Below are positions 20,213 through 30,524 of a DNA stretch of 41,416 bases, one piece after another (position 1 is the stretch's first letter; every line of letters begins with the position of its first letter). The notes under the pieces are model-generated. The model saw nothing but the letters and a program-made list of their open reading frames with translations, was not told where the DNA came from and made no database searches. The translations under genes were made by a program, and so were the position numbers. The stretch lies in the sequence record DRR378314_174. One strand, given 5' to 3'.

Positions 20213-21895
20213 ATGGCTGATGACGCTATTCAGCGCGAGTCGATGGAATATGACCTGGTCATCGTCGGCGGCGGCCCTGCGGGTCTGTCCGCGGCGATCC
20301 GCGCGAAACAGCTGGCACAGGAAGCTGGCGAAGACATTGAAGTGGTCGTGATCGAGAAGGGCGGCGAGATCGGCGCTCACATCCTGTCCGGCGTGGTCAT
20401 GGACCCGGTCGGCCTCGACAAGCTGATTCCTGACTGGCGCACGCGCGATGATCGCCCGCTGAAGACAGAAGTGACCGGCGACAAGTTCAAATTTCTCGGG
20501 CCAAACGGCGAAGCGGACATTTCCTGGCTGCCAATGCCGGGCTTCATGAAAAACCATGGCAATTTCACCGGCTCGCTGGCAAATGTGGCTCGCTGGCTTG
20601 GACAGGAAGCCGAGAATCTTGGCGTCGAGATTTTCCCGGGCTTTGCCGCGTCTGATCTCGTCATGGGCGAGAATGGCGAAGTGAAGGGCATCGTGGCTGG
20701 TGTCATGGGCATCGCGGCGGATGGCTCTCACAAGGCCGACTATGAGCCTGGCATGGAATTGCTCGGCAAATACGTCCTGTTTGCCGAAGGCGCACGCGGC
20801 TCGCTGACCAAGCAGCTGATCGCCAAGTACAATCTGGACGAGGGCCGTGACCCGCAGAAATTCGGCATCGGCCTGAAAGAGCTGTGGTCCATTCCGGAAG
20901 AGCAATTCAATGAAGGCTATGTCCAGCACACGATGGGCTGGCCGCTCGACAACAAGACTGGCGGCGGCAGCTTCCTCTATCACTTCCGCGACAATGGCGA
21001 GCCCTTCGTATCGGTCGGCTTCGTGGTTCACCTGAACTATGAGAACCCGTACATCTCGCCGTATCAGGAGTTCCAGCGCTTCAAGCACCACCCATCCGTT
21101 CTGCCACACCTTCAGGGCGGCAAGCGCGTGGCCTATGGCGCGCGGGCGATCACCGAGGGCGGCTTCCAGTCCGTTCCGAAGCTGGCCTTCCCGGGGGGCG
21201 CCCTGATCGGTTGCGGCGCAGGCTTCGTCAACGTGCCCCGCATCAAGGGCAGCCACAACGCCATCCTGACCGGCATGATGGGCGCTGAAGCCGCCTATGC
21301 AGCCATCAAGGGTGGCCGCCAGGGCGACGTGCTGACGGATTATGAAGAGGCTTACAAAGCGTCTTCCGTCTACAAGGAGCTGAAGCAGGTGCGGAACGTG
21401 AAACCGCTCTGGTCGAAGCTCGGCACGGCGATCGGCATTCCGCTCGGCGGTCTCGAAATGTGGATTTCCAGCCTGTTCGGCGGCTTCTCCTTCTTCGGCA
21501 CACTCAGCCACGGCAAGACCGATGCAGCGGCGCTCAAACCGGCGAAGAAGTTCAAGCCGATCGAGTATCCAAAGCCCGATGGCGTGATCAGCTTCGACAA
21601 GCTGACCAATGTGTCCTTCACCAACACCTATCACGGCGAAGACCAGCCTGTTCACCTTGTCGTGAAGGACATGGCGCTTCAGAAGGCGTCCGAGCATGAC
21701 GTGTATGCCGGTCCGTCGGCGCGCTACTGCCCGGCCGGTGTGTATGAGTGGATCGAGGAAGGCGGAGAGCTGAAGTTCCAGATCAACTCGCAAAACTGCA
21801 TTCACTGCAAGACTTGCGACATCAAGGATCCGAATCTGAACATCAACTGGACCGTGCCGGAAGGCGGCGGCGGCCCGGCCTATCCGAACATGTAA
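20213..21895 (+). CDS. Electron transfer flavoprotein-ubiquinone oxidoreductase
   Basis: GGGPAGL, EKG.E.GAHILSG, YCPAGVYE, NCIHCKTCDIKDP; ATG after GAGGAG. Confidence 0.96.
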   Translation: MADDAIQRESMEYDLVIVGGGPAGLSAAIRAKQLAQEAGEDIEVVVIEKGGEIGAHILSGVVMDPVGLDKLIPDWRTRDDRPLKTEVTGDKFKFLGPNGEADISWLPMPGFMKNHGNFTGSLANVARWLGQEAENLGVEIFPGFAASDLVMGENGEVKGIVAGVMGIAADGSHKADYEPGMELLGKYVLFAEGARGSLTKQLIAKYNLDEGRDPQKFGIGLKELWSIPEEQFNEGYVQHTMGWPLDNKTGGGSFLYHFRDNGEPFVSVGFVVHLNYENPYISPYQEFQRFKHHPSVLPHLQGGKRVAYGARAITEGGFQSVPKLAFPGGALIGCGAGFVNVPRIKGSHNAILTGMMGAEAAYAAIKGGRQGDVLTDYEEAYKASSVYKELKQVRNVKPLWSKLGTAIGIPLGGLEMWISSLFGGFSFFGTLSHGKTDAAALKPAKKFKPIEYPKPDGVISFDKLTNVSFTNTYHGEDQPVHLVVKDMALQKASEHDVYAGPSARYCPAGVYEWIEEGGELKFQINSQNCIHCKTCDIKDPNLNINWTVPEGGGGPAYPNM

Positions 21896-21919
21896 TCTGG
21901 CCGCTCAGGTCATGGTTTC

Positions 21920-21958
21920 CGGAAAGCGCGGTGGGGTTAACCCTGCCGCGCTTTCTCC
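21920..21958 (+). terminator. Stem-loop/terminator after ETF-QO
   Basis: GAAAGCGCGG...CCGCGCTTTC inverted repeat. Confidence 0.65.
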
Positions 21959-22033
21959 ATTTCGCGCCTTGCTCTCGCCGCATCCGGCTGCTTCACTCAC
22001 AGCCAAAGCGAATTCGGAGCAAGCCTCGTTACC

Positions 22034-23956
22034 ATGCATTTCAGACTGACCTTTGCCGCCTCTGCCCTGACCCTTTCCGCCATGATGAGCGCCTGTGCCA
22101 CCGAACCGGCCCCGGCGCAGCCTGTCGCCGAGATCGACGCGCCAATTGTTGAGAGCAGCATTCCGCTGTCCCCGGCCGCGCGCGCCACGGCGGTCATCGG
22201 CGACAATGGCATGCCGGTCGGCATCTCCGCATATCCCGCGCCGCTGGACGCGGTGAAGGCAGGGGACATGGCCGCGTTTCTGGAAATGACCTCCGGCCTG
22301 TCCCAGGAAGACCGGGACGTCAGCCCTCTATTTGACGCCTTCCTCGCGCTGGACCGCGCCGCTGATGGCGACATGCTGGCCGCGCGCAACATCCTGCAAT
22401 CCTCCAACAGCCAGGATGATGAAGACGGCGAGACCGGGTTTTACGCCTTCCTCGACGCCTGGCTGCTGGCAATGGAAGGCAAGCCGGACGAAGCGATTGA
22501 GCGTCATCGCGGCGCTGCGGGCTCCATGCCGGGCCTGACCGGGGACCTCTCGCTGGCCGCCATGCTTGAGGCGCTGGGCCGACCGGAGCAGGCGCTCGCC
22601 GTCTACGAATTCATGACGCCCGCAGAGATCGAGGCCCCGGAACACCAATTTGACCCGAAGGGCCTGCTCTACAGCCATGTCCGGACGGTGATTTCCCGCC
22701 ACGCCTTGCTGCTGCAGCGCCTTGGCAGGATCGAGGAAGCGAAGGCCGTGTATCAGAAACTCGCCGATGCCGAGCCGGAAGAGGCGATCAGCTACGCCGC
22801 CGCGCTGGAAAGTCTGGAAACGGGCAAGAACCTCGACAATGAAGCGCTGGACGTGCCCGCCGCCTTTACCCAGTCGCTGGCCGACGTGTCCCGCGCCCTG
22901 CAGGAACAGCGCATCATCCGCACCATCATGATGGGCGGCCAGATCGAAGGCTTTGACGACCAGCGCTCGGCGTTTGATCAGGTGGCACTGCTGATAAATC
23001 CGGAAGACGAAGGCCTGCGCGCCGCTGTCATCGACCAGCTTTACGAGCACGCGCTCTATGAAGGTGTTGCCCATGTCGCGATGAGCGCGCCGGAAGATAC
23101 CGCATCGCTGCAGATCGCTGCCGGGCAGGCGCTGATCATGTCCGGCAAGGAAGACGAGGCCCGCGCTGCCGTTACTCGCGCGCTGGAAATCACCGATGAG
23201 GATGACCGGTTGCAGACGCTCTATGGCGCGTTGCAGCTGCGCACGATGCTTCATGACAAGGACGGGTCGACCGAATTGGTGGAGGAAGTGATCACATTGG
23301 CCTCCAATCAGGCCGAGCGTGCCTCCGCCCACGGGCTGGCCGCCGAGATCAATGACCAGTTCGGAGACCTCAAGGCGGCGGCCTACCATGCCGGGAAGGC
23401 CCGGGAGCTGGACGATACGCACGACCGGCGCATGGCGCTGGCCAATGCGCTAGGCAAGGTGGGAGAGATCAATCCCGCGCTGGCCATTTTGCGCACAGAG
23501 CTTCTGGGGCGTCCAAACGACCCTTACACGCTGAATTCACTCGGATATTTCCTGATCGAGAATACTGACAAGTACGAAGAGGGCTTCAAGATCCTCTACC
23601 GTGCCCGGTCACTGGCAGAGCGTGATCCCTATATCGCGGACTCGCTCGGCTGGGCCTATTATCGCCTCGGTCACCTGAAGGATGCGCAGCGCCTGATCGA
23701 ACAGTCACGTGCCAAGCTGGAGCCGCACAAGCATTGGGAAATCGAAACCCACCTGGGCGACATCTACTGGCATCAGGGCGATGAGGAAGCCGCGCGCGAA
23801 GCCTGGCAAAATGCGATTGAGGCCCGTCCACCGGCCAGGCAGCGCGCTGAGCTGGAAGACAAGCTGGCCAATGGCCTGACGACGCCAAAACCAGAGCGTC
23901 AGGCCCTGCCAAGCGTGTCCATCGGTGACGGCGAGATCGACCGGCAGGATATCTGA
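22034..23956 (+). CDS. Tetratricopeptide-repeat lipoprotein
   Basis: Lipobox MSAC; C-terminal TPR motifs LNSLGY, YIADSLGWAYY, HLGDIYW. Confidence 0.85.
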   Translation: MHFRLTFAASALTLSAMMSACATEPAPAQPVAEIDAPIVESSIPLSPAARATAVIGDNGMPVGISAYPAPLDAVKAGDMAAFLEMTSGLSQEDRDVSPLFDAFLALDRAADGDMLAARNILQSSNSQDDEDGETGFYAFLDAWLLAMEGKPDEAIERHRGAAGSMPGLTGDLSLAAMLEALGRPEQALAVYEFMTPAEIEAPEHQFDPKGLLYSHVRTVISRHALLLQRLGRIEEAKAVYQKLADAEPEEAISYAAALESLETGKNLDNEALDVPAAFTQSLADVSRALQEQRIIRTIMMGGQIEGFDDQRSAFDQVALLINPEDEGLRAAVIDQLYEHALYEGVAHVAMSAPEDTASLQIAAGQALIMSGKEDEARAAVTRALEITDEDDRLQTLYGALQLRTMLHDKDGSTELVEEVITLASNQAERASAHGLAAEINDQFGDLKAAAYHAGKARELDDTHDRRMALANALGKVGEINPALAILRTELLGRPNDPYTLNSLGYFLIENTDKYEEGFKILYRARSLAERDPYIADSLGWAYYRLGHLKDAQRLIEQSRAKLEPHKHWEIETHLGDIYWHQGDEEAAREAWQNAIEARPPARQRAELEDKLANGLTTPKPERQALPSVSIGDGEIDRQDI

Positions 23957-24057
23957 CGAAACTGTCAGGCAGCTGAGACCTTTTACCCGCCTCCGACGCG
24001 CCTTACTATCGCCGGATATCAATGCGATTCCGCGATGCGAACGCTGACGGGAAAACT

Positions 24058-26736
24058 ATGTCGAACGAAATGAATCCGCACATGCAGGAACCGGAGCCAA
24101 AGCGCAGCTTTCTGCCGGGGCCACCCTGGGTCTGGACCTGGGCAAGACGCCTTCTGATCCTCGGCTTCGTCCTCGCCGCGCTCGGCTTCGTGGCGCTCTG
24201 GATGTATTTCGCGGCGCTTGGCCGTCAGGTGCCGTCCATTGACAAGCTGAAACAGTATGAGCCGCCCATCACGTCGCGCGTCCACGCCGGCGATGGAACG
24301 CTGATTGCCGAATTCGCAAGAGAGCACCGCGTCTTCGTGCCGTATGAGTCGATCCCGACCCATGTGGTGCAAGCCTTCGTGGCGGCGGAAGACAAGACGT
24401 TCTTCACGCATGGCGGACTCGATTACAAAGGCATCGTGCGCGGCGGGGTGAACTCCGCCAAGAACAAGATCACCGGTTCCGGCGGTCTGGAAGGCGGCTC
24501 GACCATCACGCAACAGGTCGCCAAGAACATGCTGCTGACGCGCGACCAGAACCTCACGCGCAAGGCCAAGGAAGCAATCATTGCCCAGCGCATGGAGAAG
24601 GAGTTCACCAAGGAAGAGATCCTCGAACTCTACCTGAACGAAATCTATCTCGGCTATCGCTCCTACGGTGTGGGTTCTGCGGCGCTGAACTATTTCGACA
24701 AGTCGCTGCCTGAACTGGACCTGTCCGAAGCGGCGATCCTCGCCTCTCTGGCCAAGGCCCCGTCGTCGGTGAACCCCTATAGCCGTCCCAAGCGCTTGCT
24801 GGCGCGCCGCAACTATGTGCTCGGTCGTATGGTTGATGATGGCTACATCACGCGCGAGGAAGCTGAAGAGGCGATGGCTCTGCCCCTGTCCACGACGCGT
24901 CGCCTGAAGGGCCCGGAATACGCCGCGGCGACCTACTTCGTGCAGGAACTGCGCCGTGACCTGATCAAGAATTACGGCGAAGACACGCTGCAACAGGGCG
25001 GTCTGTCAATCCGCTCGACCATCGATACGAAACTGCAACTCGCCGCTCAGGACGCCCTGCAGAACGGCCTGATCGCCTATGACCGTCGTCATGGCTGGCG
25101 GGGGCCAATCACGCGTCTTGATCCCGAGGCTGACGATGTTCTGGAACAGCTGAACGACGTCACGCTGCCCGGTGGCTATGGCACGTGGGAGGCCGCGCTG
25201 GTGATCAGCACAGGCTCGCGCGGCGCGCAGCTTCTGCTGACTGACGGCGCAACCATTCCGCTGCCCGCCGAGGAAGTCGAATGGGCCGCGACCTACAAGC
25301 CTGCTGAAGGCACGGGTGGACTGAATGTCGGCGACGTTGTCCTGGCTGAGCTGAAGCGCAAGGTTCTGAATGCGGATGAAACGTCTGCGCCTGCGGACCC
25401 GCAACTGGACCCCGATGGCGATGAGATCGACGAGCCCGAACCCGAGCCGATGCTGGTGCCGGTTGGCAATGCCATCCTGCGTCAGGTGCCGGAAGTGGAC
25501 GGCTCCCTCGTGGCGCTGGACCCGCATACGGGCCGTATCCTTGCCATGCAGGGCGGCTATTCCTTCTTCAAGTCGAGCTATAACCGCGTCACGCAATCCA
25601 AGCGTCAGCCGGGCTCCAGCTTCAAGCCCTTTGTCTATGCAGCGGCGCTGGAGCGTGGATACACGCCGGCCACGCGCATGCTGGATGCCCCCTTCGTGGC
25701 GTTTGATGTGTCTACGGATGATTACTGGCGCCCGTCGAACTATACCGAAGGGCGCACCTATGGCATGGTCACCCTGCGTGTCGCGCTGGAGAAATCCCTG
25801 AACCTCGTCACCGCCCGCGTGGCGCAGGACATCGGCATGGAAGCGGTTTCCGAACTGGCCGAGCGGATGGGCGTCTATGAAGACCTTCCGCCCTATCCGG
25901 CCATGTCCCTCGGCGCCGGCGACGCGTATCTGATCGATGTTGCGCGCGGCTATGCCGGCTTCGTGAATGGGGGGAGGAAGATCAACCCGACCCTTCTGGA
26001 CCGTGTGCAGGACCGTCATGGGCGTACCCTGTTCCGCCATGACGAACGCCTGTGCGAAGGATGCTCTGCGGACGAGTGGGACGGCGAGGAACCGCCGCAA
26101 CTGGCAGAAGTGGGCGAGCAGGTGCTGGACCCGATCATCGCCTATCAGGTGACGCATATGCTGGAGGGCGTGGTCGAGCGCGGCACAGGCCGCCGGGCCC
26201 GCCGGGTCGGCAAGCCTCTGGCTGGTAAAACGGGTACTACGGATGATTATCGCGACGCGGTGTTCATGGGCTTCTCGCCTGACCTCGTCGTGGGTGTGCG
26301 GGTCGGCTTTGACGACAACCGCTCGCTCGGCGAGGGCGAAGCGGGCGGCTCGGTCGCCTCACCGATCTTCACGGACTTCATGGAACGCGCCCTGGCAGAC
26401 GAGCCAGCGACGCCATTCCGCATCCCGCCCGGCGTGCGCCTTGTGAAGGTGGATGCTCGCAATGGCGAACTGCCCGGCCCGGATACGGCTGTAATCATCG
26501 ATGAGGCCTTCCGCCCCGGCACAGAGCCTGGCATGAGCGCCTTCACCGACACCAGCGACTGCTTGTCCATTTCCGGCAATTGCGGGGGCGGCACGGGCAG
26601 CTCGACCAGCGGGTTCGATCCTGAGCGCGACGCCGGAATTGTCGAGGAAGCCGATGAGGGCTTCCCGTTCCAGCCGGCCCAGCCACGCCCCGCGCCTGAA
26701 GCGCCAGTGGATGACAGTCTCGGCGACGTTTACTGA
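24058..26736 (+). CDS. mrcA: Penicillin-binding protein 1A (bifunctional transglycosylase/transpeptidase)
   Basis: EDKTF, GGSTITQQVAKN, RK.KE, SSFK, SLN, KTGT; N-terminal TM; start uncertain (24022/24058/24070). Confidence 0.92.
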   Translation: MSNEMNPHMQEPEPKRSFLPGPPWVWTWARRLLILGFVLAALGFVALWMYFAALGRQVPSIDKLKQYEPPITSRVHAGDGTLIAEFAREHRVFVPYESIPTHVVQAFVAAEDKTFFTHGGLDYKGIVRGGVNSAKNKITGSGGLEGGSTITQQVAKNMLLTRDQNLTRKAKEAIIAQRMEKEFTKEEILELYLNEIYLGYRSYGVGSAALNYFDKSLPELDLSEAAILASLAKAPSSVNPYSRPKRLLARRNYVLGRMVDDGYITREEAEEAMALPLSTTRRLKGPEYAAATYFVQELRRDLIKNYGEDTLQQGGLSIRSTIDTKLQLAAQDALQNGLIAYDRRHGWRGPITRLDPEADDVLEQLNDVTLPGGYGTWEAALVISTGSRGAQLLLTDGATIPLPAEEVEWAATYKPAEGTGGLNVGDVVLAELKRKVLNADETSAPADPQLDPDGDEIDEPEPEPMLVPVGNAILRQVPEVDGSLVALDPHTGRILAMQGGYSFFKSSYNRVTQSKRQPGSSFKPFVYAAALERGYTPATRMLDAPFVAFDVSTDDYWRPSNYTEGRTYGMVTLRVALEKSLNLVTARVAQDIGMEAVSELAERMGVYEDLPPYPAMSLGAGDAYLIDVARGYAGFVNGGRKINPTLLDRVQDRHGRTLFRHDERLCEGCSADEWDGEEPPQLAEVGEQVLDPIIAYQVTHMLEGVVERGTGRRARRVGKPLAGKTGTTDDYRDAVFMGFSPDLVVGVRVGFDDNRSLGEGEAGGSVASPIFTDFMERALADEPATPFRIPPGVRLVKVDARNGELPGPDTAVIIDEAFRPGTEPGMSAFTDTSDCLSISGNCGGGTGSSTSGFDPERDAGIVEEADEGFPFQPAQPRPAPEAPVDDSLGDVY

Positions 26737-26747
26737 CGCAGTTGCTT

Positions 26748-26776
26748 TTGACGCAGGAAGGCGGGCGCGCTATGCC
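26748..26776 (+). promoter_or_regulatory. Candidate sigma70 promoter for prfB
   Basis: TTGACG-N17-TATGCC (preceded by GC). Confidence 0.5.
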
Positions 26777-26822
26777 CCGCCTTTCCAGTTTTTATCGAAC
26801 AAGATCACAAGAGGCAGATCCC

Positions 26823-27933
26823 ATGTCCGCAGAAATCAAATCCCTTACAGACCAGATCCGCCAGTCCGCCGATTTGCTACGGAGGCGTCTTTGACTGGGA
26901 TACTGCCACAAAACGCCTGGACGAGCTGACCGCGCTCTCCGAACGTCCCGATTTCTGGGACGACCCACAGGCCGCCCAGGCCATGATGCGCGAACGCCAG
27001 CGTCTGGCTGACGGCATCGAAACCGTCGAAACCCTGCAGCGCGAAGCTGACGATGCCGAGGAATTGCTCGAACTCGCCGAAGGCGACGAAGACATGATCG
27101 CGGACATCGAAACCAATCTGAAAAAAGCCGCCGAGCGCGCCGAGAAGGCAGAGCTGGCTGCCCTGCTTTCGGGCGAGGCCGATGGCAATGATTGCTTCAT
27201 CCAGATCAATGCGGGCGAGGGCGGCACGGAAAGCCAGGACTGGGCAAATATCCTGCGCCGCATGTATGTCCGCTGGGCCGAAGCCCACGACATGAAGGTC
27301 GAGGAACTCGACGAGCGCGAAGGCGAAGAGGCGGGCATCAAATCCGCTACGCTCCAGTTCAAGGGCGAGAACGCCTATGGCTGGCTGAAGTCCGAAACCG
27401 GCGTGCATCGCCTCGTGCGGATTTCGCCTTTCGACTCCTCCGCGCGGCGCCATACCAGCTTTGCCTCGGTCGCGGTGACGCCCGTGATTGACGACAATAT
27501 CGAGATCGAGATTGATCCCTCCGATGTGCGTACAGACACATATCGCGCGTCCGGCGCGGGCGGTCAGCACGTCAACCGGACAGACTCCGCCGTCCGCCTG
27601 ACGCACGAGCCGACAGGCATTGTGGTCCAGTGCCAGAACGACCGGTCGCAACACCGCAACCGCGATCAGGCCTGGCAGATGCTGCGCTCGAAACTGTACG
27701 AGCTGGAACTGCAAAAGCGCCGCGAAGTCGCCGATGCCAGCTATGCCGGCAAGACCGATATCGGCTTCGGCCACCAGATCCGCTCATACGTGCTCCAGCC
27801 CTACCAGATGGTGAAGGACCTGCGGACCGAAGTGGAAACCTCCGACACGTCCGGCGTGCTGGATGGCGACATCGATCTCTTCCTCTCCGCTGCCCTGGCC
27901 GCCTCCGTGGCCAAGAACGAGGACGAGGAATAG
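26823..27933 (+). CDS. prfB: Peptide chain release factor 2 with programmed +1 frameshift at CTT-TGA-C (26889-26895)
   Basis: ORF1 [23 protein letters not shown]-stop with internal SD GGAGG just before CTTTGAC; +1 frame continues DWD... into the ORF with SPF and GGQ motifs. Confidence 0.96.
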
Positions 27934-27981
27934 GGGGCTTGCCCCACGCAACCCAGTCCGGGGTCTGTGCGTTCGTCCTGA

Positions 27982-28485
27982 ATGGACGATCTGCTGACGC
28001 TATCTTTTGACAGCCACATGCCCCTCGGGGTTCTGGCTGTTCGCCTCATCGCGGCTTCCGTGGCGGGATTGATTGTCGGGTTTGAGCGCGAAGTGAGGAA
28101 CCGGCCTGCAGGCCTGCGCACACACATGCTAACAGCGCTGGCATCTGCCGTCTTCATGTTGATCTCTATAGAGATGATCCACTCCTTCGGCGGCAATGAT
28201 GACACCACCCAGCTGGACCCGACCCGTGTCGTGCAGGCTGTCACGGCGGGCGTCGCCTTTCTGGCAGCAGGCACGATCATTCACGGCAGCGGCTCGGTCA
28301 GAGGGCTAACGACAGGGGCGAGTATCTGGCTCGCTGGGGCGATTGGCCTTGCCTGCGGTGCTGGTTATTTGCGTCTCGCCTTTCTTGCCGTCATTTTTTC
28401 TGTGTTGATCCTGCTCCCGATCCGGATGCTGGAGACGCATCTCTTCGGGAAACAGCCCATTGGGGAAGGGAAGGATGATGAGTAG
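27982..28485 (+). CDS. MgtC/SapB family membrane protein (short form)
   Basis: G.ERE...RPAGLRTH.L, DPTR....V..GV.FL.AG.I, GLTTGA.IW...AIG.ACG. Confidence 0.9.
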   Translation: MDDLLTLSFDSHMPLGVLAVRLIAASVAGLIVGFEREVRNRPAGLRTHMLTALASAVFMLISIEMIHSFGGNDDTTQLDPTRVVQAVTAGVAFLAAGTIIHGSGSVRGLTTGASIWLAGAIGLACGAGYLRLAFLAVIFSVLILLPIRMLETHLFGKQPIGEGKDDE

Positions 28486-29044
28486 TGCCGCGCCGGCAAT
28501 GTGGGAGTATCGCGTCTGGCCTGATGATGCCGGGTCAATGGCGTATCAGCTTCAGACGACGCTACACTTTGTGGAAGAGTTGCCACGGACCGATACCTAT
28601 TTCATGGCGACGGCCCGTGCCCCCGCCCAGGCAAAGCTGAGAGGCGGTGCGCGGTTTGATATCAAGGAATTGCTGGCAAGGGAGGCGGGGCTGGAGCTTT
28701 GGCGTCCCGTAATCGCCGCGGAGTTTCCGTTTGATGATGAGGATCGCGCGACGCTAGCCCGTCTCTATCCAGCCATTCCGCACTCCCTGCAGAGCCTTGC
28801 GGCCCTGCGAGATGCCTTTCTGGCCGAAGGTGCGGAACTCACAGTCGACAAGAAGCGACAGATTGCGACTGAGCCGGGTGGCCTGCGCGCGGAGATAACG
28901 TCGGCCTCATTGGGGGAGGGCGCGCGGACCACGCTTTGCCTGGAACATGAGAGCGCCGCCGAACTGGCCCGGCATGTGGATCGCTTCGGTTTCAGCAATC
29001 TGCCCAATCTCAGCTATTCCGCCTGGCTGAGACAACACCTTTAA
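28475..29044 (+). CDS. Hypothetical protein, possibly CYTH/triphosphate-tunnel-like
   Basis: Overlaps the mgtC end with an SD; motifs WEYR, RTDTYF, KLR, DIKE, V.K.R, AEIT, LEHE, SY are suggestive only. Confidence 0.6.
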   Translation: MMSSAAPAMWEYRVWPDDAGSMAYQLQTTLHFVEELPRTDTYFMATARAPAQAKLRGGARFDIKELLAREAGLELWRPVIAAEFPFDDEDRATLARLYPAIPHSLQSLAALRDAFLAEGAELTVDKKRQIATEPGGLRAEITSASLGEGARTTLCLEHESAAELARHVDRFGFSNLPNLSYSAWLRQHL

Positions 29045-29499
29045 GCGAGCGCTGTGGCTGCGAGGCAGGTGATCACGACGGCCGACAGGATGAGGCGCAG
29101 GCGCATCCACCAGCCGGGCGCCAGCTTTCGCTGGACAAACCAGGTCTCGATGCCGAGCAGGCCGATATAGCCGATGATCAATCCCAATGCGGCGGAGCTG
29201 TGGCCGCCGCCCGTGGCGAAGAAGGCCCAGAGCGCAGGCAACACGCTGAGCCCATAGCCGATGACCGCCTCGCGTCCGCTGGATTTCGTGGCAAAGCCCC
29301 ACAGCACGCCGGACATGAAGGCGAGGATGATCGCGCCGTAGAACACTTGCACATAAGGCCCGACAAAGCGCGCCCCGAAGGCGGCGCTGCCAAACTCCTG
29401 CAGTGCGGGGATGAACAGGCTGAGCGTCCCCCAGACGAAGGGGATCAGCCCGGCAAGGCCAAGCGCCAGCGGCGCGGCGGGTATCTTTTGTCTGGTCAT
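29041..29499 (-). CDS. DUF3429-family membrane protein
   Basis: LG.AGLIPF, YGA.IL.FM.G..WG, P.WW..LR..L. Confidence 0.82.
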   Translation of the reverse strand: MTRQKIPAAPLALGLAGLIPFVWGTLSLFIPALQEFGSAAFGARFVGPYVQVFYGAIILAFMSGVLWGFATKSSGREAVIGYGLSVLPALWAFFATGGGHSSAALGLIIGYIGLLGIETWFVQRKLAPGWWMRLRLILSAVVITCLAATALA

Positions 29500-29692
29500 G
29501 CCTGCGAATTAGAGTGATCTGCCTCAGTGTCGAGGGCGCCGCGCGAGGGCCCTTATCCCCTCAAGTCAGGGGGATAGCGGGGACGGGGTGCGTTAGGAGG
29601 CATTTGGCGTGTGGGCGCGCACATGGCGCCAAACGCGGGGGACAGGAAATTTTTTCGGCCCCGGTGGGCGAAGTCGGGCCATGATGGCTGGT

Positions 29693-30448
29693 ATGAGATC
29701 GCTTTCGCCTGACGCCGAGATATTCCTGGAAGACAGCTGGATGATGCTGGGCGACATCTTTGCGTCGCTGCTGGATCTGTCCCGGCGATCGGTTGGGCAG
29801 TCTGTGACGCGTCGGTATTACAATTTCGTGCTGCGGCGGTTGCGGGCGGGGGAGGCGATGCTGCGCCGGATGATCCTGATGCTGGCCCTGACGCTGGAAG
29901 TCGAGCCGATCCTGCCGCGCGCGCAGTCGAAACCAAGCGGACCGGACGCGCCTGTTTCACCTGAAGACAGCGCACCCCGGCCTGAGCCATTTGGCCCACG
30001 CACGCCGACACCTTTCCTGCTCTGGGAAGCGGATGCATCGCGTCGGCAGACAGAGCGCTTTGCAGAGCCGCCGCGCATTTGGACGCTCGGCATGGACTGG
30101 AAATTGCTGCCATCCGAGTTGCGCGCCCTGAAGGCTGCCGAAGCCCCAGCGGACATTTCCCTCCAGCCCTTGCAATTGCGCCTCAAGCGTCTGGAGCTGG
30201 CCTTCCGGGACCCGGATGCGGCGGCGCGGCGCCTTGCAAGATGGCGCGCGCGGCAGGCCGGGCTGAGAACGCTTTGGCGTCAGCAATATGAAAGCGGTGA
30301 GGCAGAGCCAAAGGCGCCGTTCGGGCGCACCTCGCCACTGGGGCGGGCCCGGCGACTGGCCTCGCGCACCACACTGCCGGCGGACTATCGCCAATGGCTG
30401 GATGATCTGGACATTTATGCGCGCGATGAACTGATCAATTCATCCTGA
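29693..30448 (+). CDS. Hypothetical Arg/Pro-rich protein
   Basis: Long open frame filling the gap between DUF3429 and the phoH terminator; start uncertain (29681/29684/29693/29740). Confidence 0.55.
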   Translation: MRSLSPDAEIFLEDSWMMLGDIFASLLDLSRRSVGQSVTRRYYNFVLRRLRAGEAMLRRMILMLALTLEVEPILPRAQSKPSGPDAPVSPEDSAPRPEPFGPRTPTPFLLWEADASRRQTERFAEPPRIWTLGMDWKLLPSELRALKAAEAPADISLQPLQLRLKRLELAFRDPDAAARRLARWRARQAGLRTLWRQQYESGEAEPKAPFGRTSPLGRARRLASRTTLPADYRQWLDDLDIYARDELINSS

Positions 30449-30465
30449 TACGTCCTGAAATGAAT

Positions 30466-30502
30466 ATCGCCCGCCCTCTGTCTGTGGCAGGGGCGGGCGA
30501 AG
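30466..30502. terminator. Stem-loop between convergent genes
   Basis: TCGCCCGCCC...GGGCGGGCGA inverted repeat. Confidence 0.6.
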
Positions 30503-30524
30503 CTATGGGAAAAACGTCAGGGCG

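Noticed and set aside
20159-21805. Long antisense ORF (548 aa) and similar shadows (22328-23422, 24019-24993, 25006-26157, 33257-34291, 4977-6215)
   Set aside because: Opposite-strand shadows of well-supported genes, expected with high-GC codon bias
26823-26894. prfB pseudogene or sequencing error
   Set aside because: Canonical programmed frameshift cassette
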